Part shown: piece after piece, positions 10,794 through 22,587 of the stretch
How the letters are laid out: the number at the start of each line of letters is the position of its first letter
Position numbering within the stretch: the first letter of the stretch is position 1
Assembly (NCBI GenBank): GCA_964255285.1
Contig: CAXUUL010000079.1
Coordinates: 1 to 35,664, forward strand
DNA from: Ionaspis alba
Lineage: Eukaryota
DNA length: 35,664 nt
Direction of reading: 5' to 3'
Notes under the pieces: model-generated
What the model saw: only the letters and a program-made list of their open reading frames with translations
The model's database searches: none
What the model was told of the DNA's origin: nothing
Program-made: the position numbers and the translations under genes

Positions 10794-13449
10794 ATGCTCC
10801 AGAATTCAAATGGTCATAGGAGGGCTCGGAAGCAATTGAGCTGCGCAACATGCCGCCAAAGCAAACTTAAGTGCAATAGAGAACAGCCAGCTTGTGACCA
10901 ATGCCTCAAACGAAATAGGGGTGCACAATGCACCTATGCTACTCCGACTATTAGCAAAAAGTCCAGACCGAATTTGCGAGGGCGAATTCGACACTTGGAA
11001 AGCCTAGTAGTCGAGCTCAGGGATGCTAGGGAATCTCAATTGACAATCTCGAATGGTCGTGATCATCAAAGCTCTTGTGATGGAACCGCCCTGTGTGATT
11101 CCCCAAAACTCCACGATGGATCAGACTCACATGAGAATGGTGATAAGAGTGTTGGTGCTAGCAAGAGCCGAAGTCCACAGGACATCAATGCTTCCGGACT
11201 ACTCCTGGGCGGCCAAACAGAGACCAACTATGTTGGAGGATCTCACTGGGCAGCTATACTCAACGAGGTAGATCTGTCTCTTCCATGTGGGGGTGTTCCA
11301 CCTCTCTTCTGTGTTCGTCTGACCAAGCGGGTCTATAGATTACAGAGGTCAAAAAGTGCCTTGACGATGATGATGAGTCTCAAAGGCCAGAAGATGTTGA
11401 AGTTGAACAGGGCCATGATACATCGAATTTCATGCTAGAGATTTCCACTACCCTCACCAAGGCCGAACTGTTGAGTGCTGTACCTCAGAAATCTGTCGTC
11501 GATTCCCTGGTAGCGCTGTGGTTCAATTCCTCTGATCCTCTACTGCGTGAGTCAGATTTCTCTGATCCGATCCAACGATTGATAGGGATTGATGCTGCAC
11601 AGCTCTAATTCACCGTCCAACGTTTCAGGCAGAGGTATAGCATAGATGGAAAGCTCCAAGCTAATTTTGGTTATGTCGCTGAAGCTCTTCTAGTATCGAC
11701 AATTTTGGCACGACTCATCCAACGCACCCATCATGTGGATTGGTCTACTCTTTGGAATCATGTCTCTCTCTGCACTCTCTGCTCGCCGTAAAGAAGGACT
11801 GGTCTCTCTACCATCGATGCCAAACGAAGTCAACAAATACCGGAAGCTATCTGCTTCTGCAATGGCATTGGCAGACTACACGAAGTCCAAGGCATATACC
11901 GTGGAAAGTCTGATGCTTTACACCGCTAGCGAGTACTTTCAGAGTGGCATGACACAGGTCAAAGTTTGGACTCTGCTTGGCCTGGTTATTCGTTCGGCGA
12001 TGCACATGGGTTATCATCGTGACTCGAAACATTTCGGCAACATTAGCATATTCCACGGAGAAATGCGACGACGCGTATGGCACATCATATATCAAATCGA
12101 GGTTTTCTCATCATTTCAAGTGGGCCTTCCAAGCATGATAAGACCGGTTCACAGCGATACCGATCTGCCTCGTAATCTTTACGATCATGATTTTTCCGTC
12201 TCATGTACGGAATTGCCAGAGTCTAGACCGGAGACGGAGGTTACACCTATTCTATACTCAACCGTGAAATGCAGATTGATGGCTGTCTTTGCGCTGGTAG
12301 CAGAGATTTCTCATCTGATTGCTCCGCCACAATATCAGGAGATCTTAGACCTTGACAGTCGTCTGGGGGATGTTTACGTATCAGTGCCGCCTATTTTGCG
12401 ATGGCGGCCCATGGATGAGTCGATTACAGATACCCCTGACATCATCATGAACCGGTGCAACCTTGAACTTCTGTTTCATAAGACTCGTTGCGTGCTCCAT
12501 CGCAGATATTTCGCAATCGCACAGAATGACAGCAGCTTTGCATACTCTCGAGAGGCCTGTCTTGACGCTGCTATGAAAATCCTGCATTGTCACTCCATCA
12601 TCTACAATGCTAGCCAGCCAGGACGCCAACTCAGCCAAGTACGATGGTATATGGCAACACTAAATGCTCATGACTTCCTCTTGGCCGCCATGATCATCTG
12701 TCTGGAGCTCAAGCTTGAAAGTCAAAGGCCACCTGATGTACCTGACAACCGTCTTCCGCCAGGTCCAGTGGCTCAGGAAGATATGGTCAGAGCACTTAAA
12801 GCTTCACACCAGATCTGGCACACCTCAGGGAGCGACACTTCAGAGGCCTGCCAGGCTATAGAAGTCATGTTGGGAAAGATCGAACGTATAGCCGAGGAAG
12901 ATGGCGGAATTAATGGCTCTTCTGTGTTTCCGGCACAAACATGTATGTTCAATCTTTCAATACAACTCCCACAAGCACACTAAGTGTCCGCACTTATAAC
13001 TTGTAACCATATTACAAGACCACATATCAGCTAACAATCATTTAAAAATACAGTACAAAACACTGTGCATAATCAAAAACTGTCGGACATGAACAGTGCA
13101 TGGCATGATCACGGCGAGGCCAACATAAGATCAGCTCGTTCTTCGCAAGAATGGAACGAAGTTACAGATTTGAACAATATGACCTCCATCGGAGCCATGC
13201 TCGATCTGCCTGAGGAAATTGACTGGGTGAGTATTAGTGCCACCACAACCTGATTAAAATTATTTGGTTATGCGCGCTTTTACCATCTATGAATCTTTCT
13301 GCTTACAATACACTTAGGAAATGTGGGACAGCCAAGTTAACGGACAAAACCCTTCCACAACAGACCAAACGTGGCCGACGAATATTGACTTTGACAGTAT
13401 TGTACTTCCTTCCGACATGGTAGAAAGCACTCTATTCCACGGCATCTGA
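10794..13449 (+). CDS. Zn(II)2Cys6 (Gal4-type) fungal transcription factor with Fungal_trans middle homology region, 755 aa
   Basis: CATCRQSKLKCNREQPACDQCLKRNRGAQCTY binuclear cluster, YVGGSHWAAIL, LIHRPTF, AMHMGYHRD, GEMRRRVW, DTDLPRNL, and a C-terminal EIDWEMWD motif. Exons 10794-11267, 11339-11546, 11603-11634, 11694-12942, 13054-13226, 13318-13449. Confidence 0.93.
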
Positions 13450-13513
13450 GCTCGTCATACTCCATGCTCATAGCCACGCTATCTTTCGACGTAGCAATTC
13501 ACAATTCCCTGAG

Positions 13514-14722
13514 CTACCTATAAGATGCGATTTCCCGCTCACACCAGTCATAAAAGCGCCTCCCCGTACCTGTACCTCCTTCAGATTTACTCTTTATCCC
13601 ATTCACGAGATCACCAGGCAGGCTCGCATGACGGCCCCAAGGTATGAAAAAGCCGCCGTTATCTCGCGCCTTGATTTCCGGAGAGAAGGAGACAAAGAGC
13701 TCGGTGTACGCCCCAAATTTCGCGGATTTGAGAACGAGACTCTGATCAGCCTCCGTCAGCTACATGGAACAGGAGAACGGGTAGAAGGACTCGCCATGAT
13801 ACTCCGTTCAACAGCAGACATGTACCTCTGCAACTCCGTCCTCATCAGCCCCGGATGAAGGCTCTGTCTTCGTCAGTTCTCGACTCTCTTCGAATCACAT
13901 TCCGACTCACCAAGCTCAATACGCCATCTCCGCCAACCATCCTGGCCATCTCTGCTGCCAAGTACACAACACCTGCCTTGCTTTGCATATAGTTCTCCAT
14001 AGCCTTCTTCAGCATCTTCGGGCTCCCTGCCTTATCAAATATCACGCCTCCCTTCGGCGTGCCAACCGCGACCATCGAACTGACCCATACAATCCGTACA
14101 GTAGATGGCGGCTCGGCCGCCGCAGTCGAGCGCAGCACCGGCTCTAGCAACCGCACTAGTAGGAAAGGACCCAGACAGTTCGTTCCCATTTCGAGATCGT
14201 AGCCCTGTCGTCACGAGGATCAGTATCGTCAATGTCCTCTCAACTTGAAGGTATTCTGACCGACCTGCTTCGTCCGACTCCCTGTTGGCGGCCTCATCAC
14301 CCCTGCATTCTGCACCAGCACGTGCAGTCGTACTTCTCCTCCTTCTCGTTCCAAGAACTCTCCTGCAGCTCTCTTCACGCTCTCCAGGTCTGCCAGGTCC
14401 ATAACCAGCGCCTCCAGTCTGCCTTTCGATGGGGGATGCGCAGCGCGGATGCTAGTGACCGTGCTGTCGAGTTGGGAAAGATTTCGTGCTGCTAGGTACA
14501 CTGTTGCGTTGTGACTGTAGACCATGTGGGCAAGGGCAAGGCCGACGCCAGAGGTGGCGCCTGTGATGAGGATGACCTATGGAGAAATGGGATGAGTTGG
14601 TGTCGGTGAAGTGCCGGGAGGGAAAAGGAATTCGGGGTAGAAGATACCTTGCCACTAAGGTCTGGCAGAGAGGCCTCGGTGAAAGAGGGAGAGGGGGGGA
14701 AGAATTGGCTCAAGACGCTCAT
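13514..14722 (-). CDS. Short-chain dehydrogenase/reductase (retinol-dehydrogenase/WWOX-like classical SDR), 325 aa
   Basis: LPDLSGKVILITGATSGVG, QNAGVM, MGTNCLG, catalytic YMQSK, LHPGLMRTEL, FFIPWGR. Exons 14722-14648, 14576-14265, 14204-13911, 13863-13795, 13741-13514. The last intron is GC-AG. Confidence 0.9.
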
Positions 14723-15241
14723 GGCTGGTGGAATTCACGAGAGGACGTATCTCGACGAGACGAACAGGAGAAGAAAAGCTGGCTCGATGGAAGTGTGTAA
14801 TGTTTTGAGAAAATTCAGAAGGGGATTGGGAAGGACCGACGCTGGAGGTACGCGCATGTCCATTATATACATCGTAAGCTGCTTCAAAGTCTTGGTGAAC
14901 GGTTCACTGTCGACCGGATTAAAGACAGTCAACAATTGCTTGCTCCGGATGGTGGTCTGTGCCACCGGGATTGTGGTTGCTCAATTATCTCCGATGCACG
15001 TGACCTCAACGTGACTCCGCCATGCTGAACACCAATAGCAAATTCTGTGGGACATCTTAAGTTAGTCAAAAGCCCTTGAGTGCTATATTGCATCAAGGGT
15101 ATTATAGAAAATAGCACTCTTAATGAAGCATGGCGCTGTTCTATAGCCCACGCAATTTTGAATGCACAGGATTCCGGGCCACCCAGATATCGTATCCATT
15201 ACCGTGTCCCTACCAATATTCCTTGGTGCTGTTACACAAGA

Positions 15242-17504
15242 TTACCTGACCTCGATCTTCTCGACCTCCTCCCTTGCCTCCCTCCACGTCTCGAGGTTCT
15301 TCTTTGCCCAATCGATGTGGCATTTGGCGTAGGCAACCTTTTCCTAGTCAGCAAGAGCACATGAATCCTCGCAGTAGCAACAGCGCTTGGAGAGAGACGA
15401 GAACATACCATATATCGCCGCAAATCATCCTCTTTCTCGCCCTGGAACCGCTTCAAATCCTTCAGCACACCCGCACTTGCATCTTTGACATCCTTCTCGG
15501 AGACCTGCAGGGCTTGCTCAAGCTACACATTGCCACATCAGCGAACCAAATCTCCTCAATCCATCAACAAGCAGCAGTTTATTACGCGTAGAAAAGAAAG
15601 AGGAACCCATACCTGCAGCATACTCTCCCTCGTCTTCCCAATCTGATCTCTCCTCGTCCTCTCCGGATCTACATCCACAATTCCATGCACGGCATGACTA
15701 ATCCTACCAAAAATCTTATTCGTCACAAACCCCCCTCCCTGACTCTTCCTATTCGCGTTTCCACCATCCTGCCCTGCATGGGGGCCCGATGGCGGCGACG
15801 ACGGTATGTCCGCATGTGTGGGCGGGAAATCCGAATCAATCGACGCCGTATCCTCATGACTCGTCTCGCGACTACGCCCTGCGACCGGCGACTCGGAGCC
15901 TTTTTTTGTTGCAGACGAGGAGGACGTGCTGCGCTTTACCGGCGCGCTAGGCGGACCCGTGGTGCTTAGATACTGCTCGATGCGCTTGGCCTCACTTTCG
16001 CTTCGCTCTAAACTCTCTAACAAGTTCCGTTTCTTCTGCAACTCCTCTTTCGTCATCTCCTCCTGCACGCGCTTCAAGATGCGGAAGCGCAGGACGCTTC
16101 GCACCACACCTGCAAATTGGGCACTTTCTCGCATCGGCTCGGCGAAGCTGGCGCCTAGCGTGGAGGAGAGCTCTTCGGTGGCGATGTAAGAGGAGTCGAC
16201 GGCTTGGCCGATGCGCTCGATTGCGGCTGCGACGGTGGGGGATTGCTCGGAGAGGGAGAAGCCGTTGTAGCGGGCACCGAGCTCGGCGAGGTCGGTGGAG
16301 AGAGAGGAGAGGTGGGAGAGGGTGCGGCGATTGACGCGCTCGATGTTTCCTTGGAGGAGGAGCTCGAGCTCGCGCGTGGAGGATTCGAAGTTTGTGAAAT
16401 AGGGGTCTAGGTCTTGTTCGGTGAGGTTCTGAGAGGAGGGTGGGAAGCGGCCGAAGACTTGCGGTCCGGGTATGGTGTGAGCAGCTGAGGAGGCCATGGT
16501 TGAGTGCTCGGGAGCAGAGGTTGGGGTGCCGCTTGAGGAGACATTGGAGGCGGAGCGTAGTTTAGCAGAAGCGGCGGGTATTGGAAGCCATTGGTGGGCA
16601 GGAGTCGGGTTCGCGGGGTCTAAAGGTGGCGCTTTCATGTTGCTTTTTGGTATCGTTGCGACGGGAGCAGAGTGGAGGACTTCAGCCTGGGCGATCTATT
16701 AGTCGCGAAATCTTTCGGACACATGAGAGGGACTGTACCCAGCTTGCATTGGGATCCAAAAACCTCCACCATACACCATCCTCCCTCACTTCTTTCATCT
16801 TCCGACACCGATTCAAGAAAACACCCAGCATCCTCTTCCTCAAATCAATAATGCCCATGTCCTCTTTTGCCTTTGTAGGTTTCGCAGCATAATCGGCCAT
16901 GGTGTGCTTTTCCGGTATCGGCGGAATGATAAGCGTAGGATGTAGATTCACGAGCGTAGCTCTCAACGAGCTGAACTCCGAGTACCGTCTTCGAACCTCG
17001 AGGTCCTGTTCCCCATTCTTACATCAGAGCTATACCAATAGATACACATTCTCTCCTGTAGCTTCCACTACTCACCCCTGTGCGTATTGTATACACTATA
17101 TAGCTTCCCCCACTCTCATTACTCTTCCCCGCCTCGGTAATCACAATTTGCAAATCCGGATTTTCATACAGAATCTGTTCGATCCGACTATCATATCCGC
17201 CTTTTTTCCGCTGTATGTTCCGACTCTGAGCGGCATAGTCCTCATCATCGTCTTCATCGCTTAGATCTCGAGGTCTTGAAACAAATTCTGGTGGTTCGTT
17301 GGTGGGAGAGGAGTGATCTGAGTTCGGAGAGGTCGGGCGATCATATCCTGATTACTTGTCAGTTCTGGCAGAGAAAATATGGGACTTGTTTCTTGATTCT
17401 TGGAGCTTACGGTGAGCTTGGGAGGCGGCGGTGGGGAGGTCGGAAGTGTTGGAGTCCTGGCGGTCAAAGGAGCCGTAGGGGTTGTTGTCCTCGTCATTCC
17501 ACAT
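15242..17504 (-). CDS. SNX41: Sorting nexin-41 (Snx41/Atg20 family, PX + BAR domains), 638 aa
   Basis: N-terminus MWNDEDNNPYGSF, PX motifs SYIVYTIRTG|DLEVRRRYSEF and LIIPPIPEKH, RKRMLGVFLNR, BAR region LAELGARYNGFSL, and HGIVDVDPERTRRD. Exons 17504-17411, 17347-17076, 17005-16739, 16686-15613, 15522-15409, 15337-15242. Confidence 0.92.
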
Positions 17505-18456
17505 CTTGAGGGGCTGGTCGTGAAAAGTCAATTGGCAGAACTTTACTTGGACGATCTAGGCCATTGAGAGAGGTTATGAATTGGTAGATGCGCTTAGGAT
17601 TCTGGAGCGGTTTTGCTGGCGGGATGTGACGACGTCGCTGCATAATTCACAATTCACTGCATAAGACTAGCCGGGAATTTGCTTGGCAGCCAGTGCCCTA
17701 AGTCAAGAGTGAGTCTCAGATCTACTGTGCATATTTGCTCTCTGCAGCTCTGCAATGCGACAGTACCACAACCAGACGTCGTTTTACTCGGATAACTCCG
17801 GAGCCTTGATAGCTCTGTATGAAGGACTTCTCACCGAACCAGTCGGTGAACTTCATACTTCGATATATCACAAGCGAGACCAGGAAAGAATGGGTAAAAT
17901 ATCCAAACACGTTTTTGATTATATAAGAAGTAGAGGAGTATAGGCAATCAGACCAAAGTGCGCCTCGCCTGCCGAAAGGTATCTTCCCACTGGATATAGA
18001 TACAAAGATCCACAGAAATCCCGAGCCCTATCATTCAACACATTGTCGAGTCATGTCTCATCAGTCGTAAAAGTCGTCAGGTTTACCCATCCCGTAGAAG
18101 TAGCAAGAAGAGAAAGAGAACAATCCCCATCGTCACCCGCGAAACAAGATACCGGAAAATCAGACTGTCAAAGGAGATGATCGCCAGGACTTTTTGGACA
18201 CCAACTTTTGGAGCCAACGTAGCGCCATACCAATCCCTCCTCTTCCACAAGATAGCCAAACATCAGATCAGCCTCCACCAGACAGCCAATATATCCAGCC
18301 GAAGCATGCCCGTGACCAATCTTTTTCACTCAAAAGCAAACAGATAACACGCTCGCTCAACCGCAGACAGACATCACAAGCTCGATCTAGAACGGTTGTC
18401 CCTCCACCATACCCCTCTCACAAGTTCCGGTCTAGACACTGCTCGAACTGCTCTCA

Positions 18457-20595
18457 CTAAAACGGCTGACCTTCAAGAACACTCCTCCCACTAACCCCAC
18501 TCCTCGAGCTCCGCCGACTCCGACTACTGGTCCTCATCTTCCTCAACCTCTCCAACAACCCCGTCTCCACCCTCGAATCCTCTTTCCCATCCGGCGCCAC
18601 AGCCTCCTGAGGCGAAGCGCGACTTCTGCTCCTCTGTCTGCTACCACTGGGATCCCCGTTTCCCACCTCCCTCACGCTCTTCGCACTGCCCGCGATCGAA
18701 TATCTGCGATCACTCCTGTCTCTCGGACGGCTCTCGCGCATCTTGCTAGCTGCTCGACTCCCAATGGAGATCTCAGTCCCCTGCCCGTCGCGACTAGGAC
18801 GGAGATTGATAGTTTTCTCCTCCACCATCTCGCCTTTGATGTCCAACTGCACGCTCTGCGAGCCGTTGACGCGGAACGTGAATTCTTCCTTCGGCTCATG
18901 TCTCTTGCTCCGGACATCGCTGTTAGGAGGGCGTCGCTGCTTGTCGCTCGAAGTGCGCGAGGACGATCCCTTCGACTTCTTAATATCACTGCCCTCGCGG
19001 CTGCTGTTGGCTCGGCTGCCAACTTCGCTGCCACCGCTGTGTTGGGTTTTGGCGCGGCGCCGTGTGGCTTGCTTAATGGAGTCTGTGGTGATAGGGTTGG
19101 GGCGGTCGTCGCCGATTTGCGCCTTTTGATATTCTTCGGCTTGGCGTTCGAGTTCACGAGGACCATAGTAGGAGACGGGGCGGCGACGGGGTTGCTTGGT
19201 TGGTGCCGGAGGTGCGCTTGGGGCTGCTGAGTCTCCAGTACTAGGCGCGGCGGGTTTGGAGCGAGAGGTGTGTATGTCGGTGCTAGTTAATTTGGGTTGT
19301 CTACTTGTCAGAGTTGGTCGAGAGGTAGGATGGGCTTCTTCGAGGGACGGTTTTCGTGGCGGTCGCTCGTGAGCGATCTCGACGGCGTCGCGAGTGTTGC
19401 GGCGGTGGTGTAGAGTGGGATGTGCAGAAGTTGTGGTGGCTGCATGGCGCATTGCCGGTCGTTGTTGTAGTTGGCTGTGTGAAGAGGTACGTTTGTGGGT
19501 GGCAGGAGGTACCTCGTAATAGTCTTCGATACGTGGAGCTCTTTGAGGCTGTTCTTCTGGCGGAGTGAGAGGGGAGGGTCGCTCGGATCTTCGAATCGAT
19601 TCACGACGCACATACGTTTGCGGTGGGTGCGTTGTCGGAACTGCTGCGTAAACGGGTTCATACTCGGGGTATTCGACGATAGGCTGTACGACATGCATGG
19701 AAGTACGCCGAGATGGCAATTGGTATGGATCAGACGTCCAATGCTGTTGCAATGGTGGTCGAGGGTAGCCGTCGAAGGTTGTGGGAGGAAAAGGGTAGGC
19801 CTGCTGTCGTTGAGGGGATGTTTGGAGCGAGGTAGACAAGTACGCTGCGGTCGGTTGCGGTAGAGGCTGCAGAGGGTATGACATTTGGGGGACGAAAGAT
19901 GGCGGCGGTTGAGAAGCATACATGATAAGTGGCGGCTGCATCATTCCAGCATGATAGCTGACTGGGCGTGAGCGCGATTGTGAGACTGATGGGCGAGGTC
20001 GAGCGCGCGCAGGTTGAGGGACAGGTTCTTCCTGCGTTTGAGAAGGAGCTGGTCCTCGCGTAGTTTGTGGTGATGGTGGACCTGTCCGTCTAGGGCGAGG
20101 AGCAAATGTCTTCTCCACCGGTTCTGCTGAAAGTCGCATTCTGGCTGCGCTTTCTCTGCTTTCGCATACTTGCCGCAGATTCTCTCGATTTGGTCCTCTT
20201 GAATCCCTCCTTCGTAATGCCGGCTTCTCTGGACTTCTCGACTTGTTATGTGTGCTCTTCTCTGGATTGCCAGAGCTCTTCTCAATCGGAGACGGAATCT
20301 TTAAAGGTTGGAGCTTTGGCTTCGATTCTCGGGATGATTGCTTGTCACCACTCCCGACTGCGCCCGCTGGGCTCGAGGTTTTCCAATTGCCCGCTTCATC
20401 TCGCACTTTCTCGGCGACGGTCAGACTGCGAATCTCAGGTTTCGACCGCTTCGCGGCGACGTTGGCGGCGACGTTGGCGGTTTGACGAGTGCCAGGAACG
20501 GCTGTATTAGCATCGTCGTTGAATTCCTCAAAGTATGCAGCCCGAGAACTGGAATTTGAGGAAGGCTGACCGCCAGCGTAGCCGCCAGCGGACAT
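18457..20595 (-). CDS. Hypothetical intrinsically disordered Pro/Ser/Arg-rich protein, 712 aa, apparently single exon
   Basis: 2139-nt ORF with ATG in good context (ACAATGTCC). Low-complexity sequence with many R-x-x-S and SP sites, two RPVSY motifs, and one short beta-rich segment near the C-terminus. No recognisable domain. Confidence 0.8.
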   Translation of the reverse strand: MSAGGYAGGQPSSNSSSRAAYFEEFNDDANTAVPGTRQTANVAANVAAKRSKPEIRSLTVAEKVRDEAGNWKTSSPAGAVGSGDKQSSRESKPKLQPLKIPSPIEKSSGNPEKSTHNKSRSPEKPALRRRDSRGPNRENLRQVCESRESAARMRLSAEPVEKTFAPRPRRTGPPSPQTTRGPAPSQTQEEPVPQPARARPRPSVSQSRSRPVSYHAGMMQPPLIMYASQPPPSFVPQMSYPLQPLPQPTAAYLSTSLQTSPQRQQAYPFPPTTFDGYPRPPLQQHWTSDPYQLPSRRTSMHVVQPIVEYPEYEPVYAAVPTTHPPQTYVRRESIRRSERPSPLTPPEEQPQRAPRIEDYYEVPPATHKRTSSHSQLQQRPAMRHAATTTSAHPTLHHRRNTRDAVEIAHERPPRKPSLEEAHPTSRPTLTSRQPKLTSTDIHTSRSKPAAPSTGDSAAPSAPPAPTKQPRRRPVSYYGPRELERQAEEYQKAQIGDDRPNPITTDSIKQATRRRAKTQHSGGSEVGSRANSSREGSDIKKSKGSSSRTSSDKQRRPPNSDVRSKRHEPKEEFTFRVNGSQSVQLDIKGEMVEEKTINLRPSRDGQGTEISIGSRAASKMRESRPRDRSDRRYSIAGSAKSVREVGNGDPSGSRQRSRSRASPQEAVAPDGKEDSRVETGLLERLRKMRTSSRSRRSSRSGVSGRSVLEGQPF

Positions 20596-22587
20596 TGTCT
20601 TATTTGTCAGGTGGGCAGAGTCGCAAAGAAAGTCAAAGCGGGCGGCTCATAGGGCTCGATTTTCCGGGTCCTATCGATAACAGATGCGGAAAGTTTGGCG
20701 GGGTAAAGCTAGAGGAAGAAAAAGTGTGCAATGAAGAAGTCCCAAAGTGATGATAACAATGATTATACAGAATGCTGATGACGATGAGAATGATGATTAT
20801 TATGAAGGATGGAAGGGGAATAGTGATACATGATAAAGAAGACCAAGAGGGAAGAGTTGGGTAGACTTTTCATGTTGCGACGGGGGCTGCGTGTTGGTCA
20901 AATGGTGCAATATTGACGGAGAAGCGTGGACGGAGGAGTCAGAGATAGAAAATAAAGGCCATTGTTTAGACAGGCAGTCCAATGGGGAAACAAGGAAAGT
21001 GCAACGGGTGGGCAGCTGCATGAAATGAATAAAATAAAATAAAATCTGGTTTTCGCGAGCTGCTGCCTGCCTGCAGAGTGAATGCTACCTCCGCAGAAAC
21101 AGCCAGAGGGATGGGGTGAGTGGGGTGCTGAGACCGCTGATGGGCTGATATGTCGAGCGAGACCAGAGAGACAACCATGCAATTAGGCGAGCAGGAGGCC
21201 ACTCTCGAGTCGAAGAAATCCTTGGGCTTCCTTCCTCCGCTTTTTCCCTCTGCAATTCCCCATTTTCTTCATCGACAGGATCGTCAAGGACCAAAATAAT
21301 AACAAATAGACTTTGGGCGCGTGTAGGATTGGGTAGGGGTGGGTGCTGTAGACTGGCTGTACGAGGCATGATTAGTGCGAGCGATGGAGTCATACGGTGA
21401 CGACCGGCGGGCTCGATAGAGTAGAGACGACATGATTGAGGCGGCCAATCGTGGTGATGGCTACATCCGGACAGGCCTTTACCGAGATTGATGCCCAATG
21501 GTAGCACTCTCGACTCCCTACCCTATAGTTCGTTGCTCTAGAGCCACCGACATATACCTCTCGCTCCCGTCTGGCCTGCAAAGCCATGTCGTGACGCACA
21601 GCATGGCAGGATAGCTGTAGCCACTGATCCTACCGGCCATCCTCCCAGCGCTCTATCCGTTCAAGATGCATAATCATCATTGGCGAAGACGCAAGTACGA
21701 GGATCCACGAGTAGTATCAAAAACCCTAATCGACACTATCCTTTGTAGCTGCTGGACAAAAGCAAGTCATCCCGCGTTGGTTGAACTCTCGCTGTTGGAC
21801 TGCTCTTGCCCTACCGATCTGGCAACCGATTACCTCCCGGAAACCATTGGAAGCCCGAGGGAGCGGAAATGCCTCTCTATCGTGGGCTCGAGTGGATCGA
21901 TGACAGCTGTATTCTCCACTGAAAATATGCTAATCTGCCAATCACGAAAATACACTCCTTGGCATTGATCCGGGAAATGGAAATTCGGGCACTGATTTCA
22001 GCATTTGATTGCGATTAATTTCAAATAAGACGTGGAGAAAGGCAAATTCTCGAGAAATCACGATCGATAGCTCGTGATTAAAGATCAGCGATTAAGTTTG
22101 CTGCGCGGCAAGACTAGCAAGCGCAAACGAACACACTGGGGGATTCATCTCCAGAAGTTCGCGTGATTTGGATAGTCTCACCGCTCTTTCATAGCCAGTG
22201 TGGGGAAGACATATATGTGAGTGTGCATCAGCTTGAACGTGTGCTGGGACCAACCAATATCCTTTGGTCAACGCATTGGTCAATACACATACTGATCATC
22301 CCCCGCTTGCTCCTCTACCTGTTCCATCACCATGTTCAAGACAGGGGAACCTCGACACCGGTCGACACGATGGTGTTCTTGAATGTCCGGTCAGCAAGAC
22401 TTCAAATCCAACTTCTGTGAGGTTTCGTCCGGGTGAGTGGACCATTTGCTCTGCATTAGCATGCAGCCTCATTTTGCCTAATTCTTCGGACAATGACCCT
22501 ACAATGCTAATCGGAATGTCCCCGGCCCCTACCGGAGCGTACGTGGCCATACCGCGTCTTGATGTGGTAATCGTAGCAAAGGGCTTA

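Noticed and set aside
20745..21045. TGA-rich tract and (AAAAT)3 run; possible C/D snoRNA boxes
   Set aside because: Short low-complexity sequence. The box spacing is too small and there is no terminal stem.
21085..22550. Several 60-175 aa ORFs in the long intergenic region
   Set aside because: No motifs, no consistent splice structure, and mutually overlapping frames; consistent with chance ORFs in roughly 50% GC DNA.
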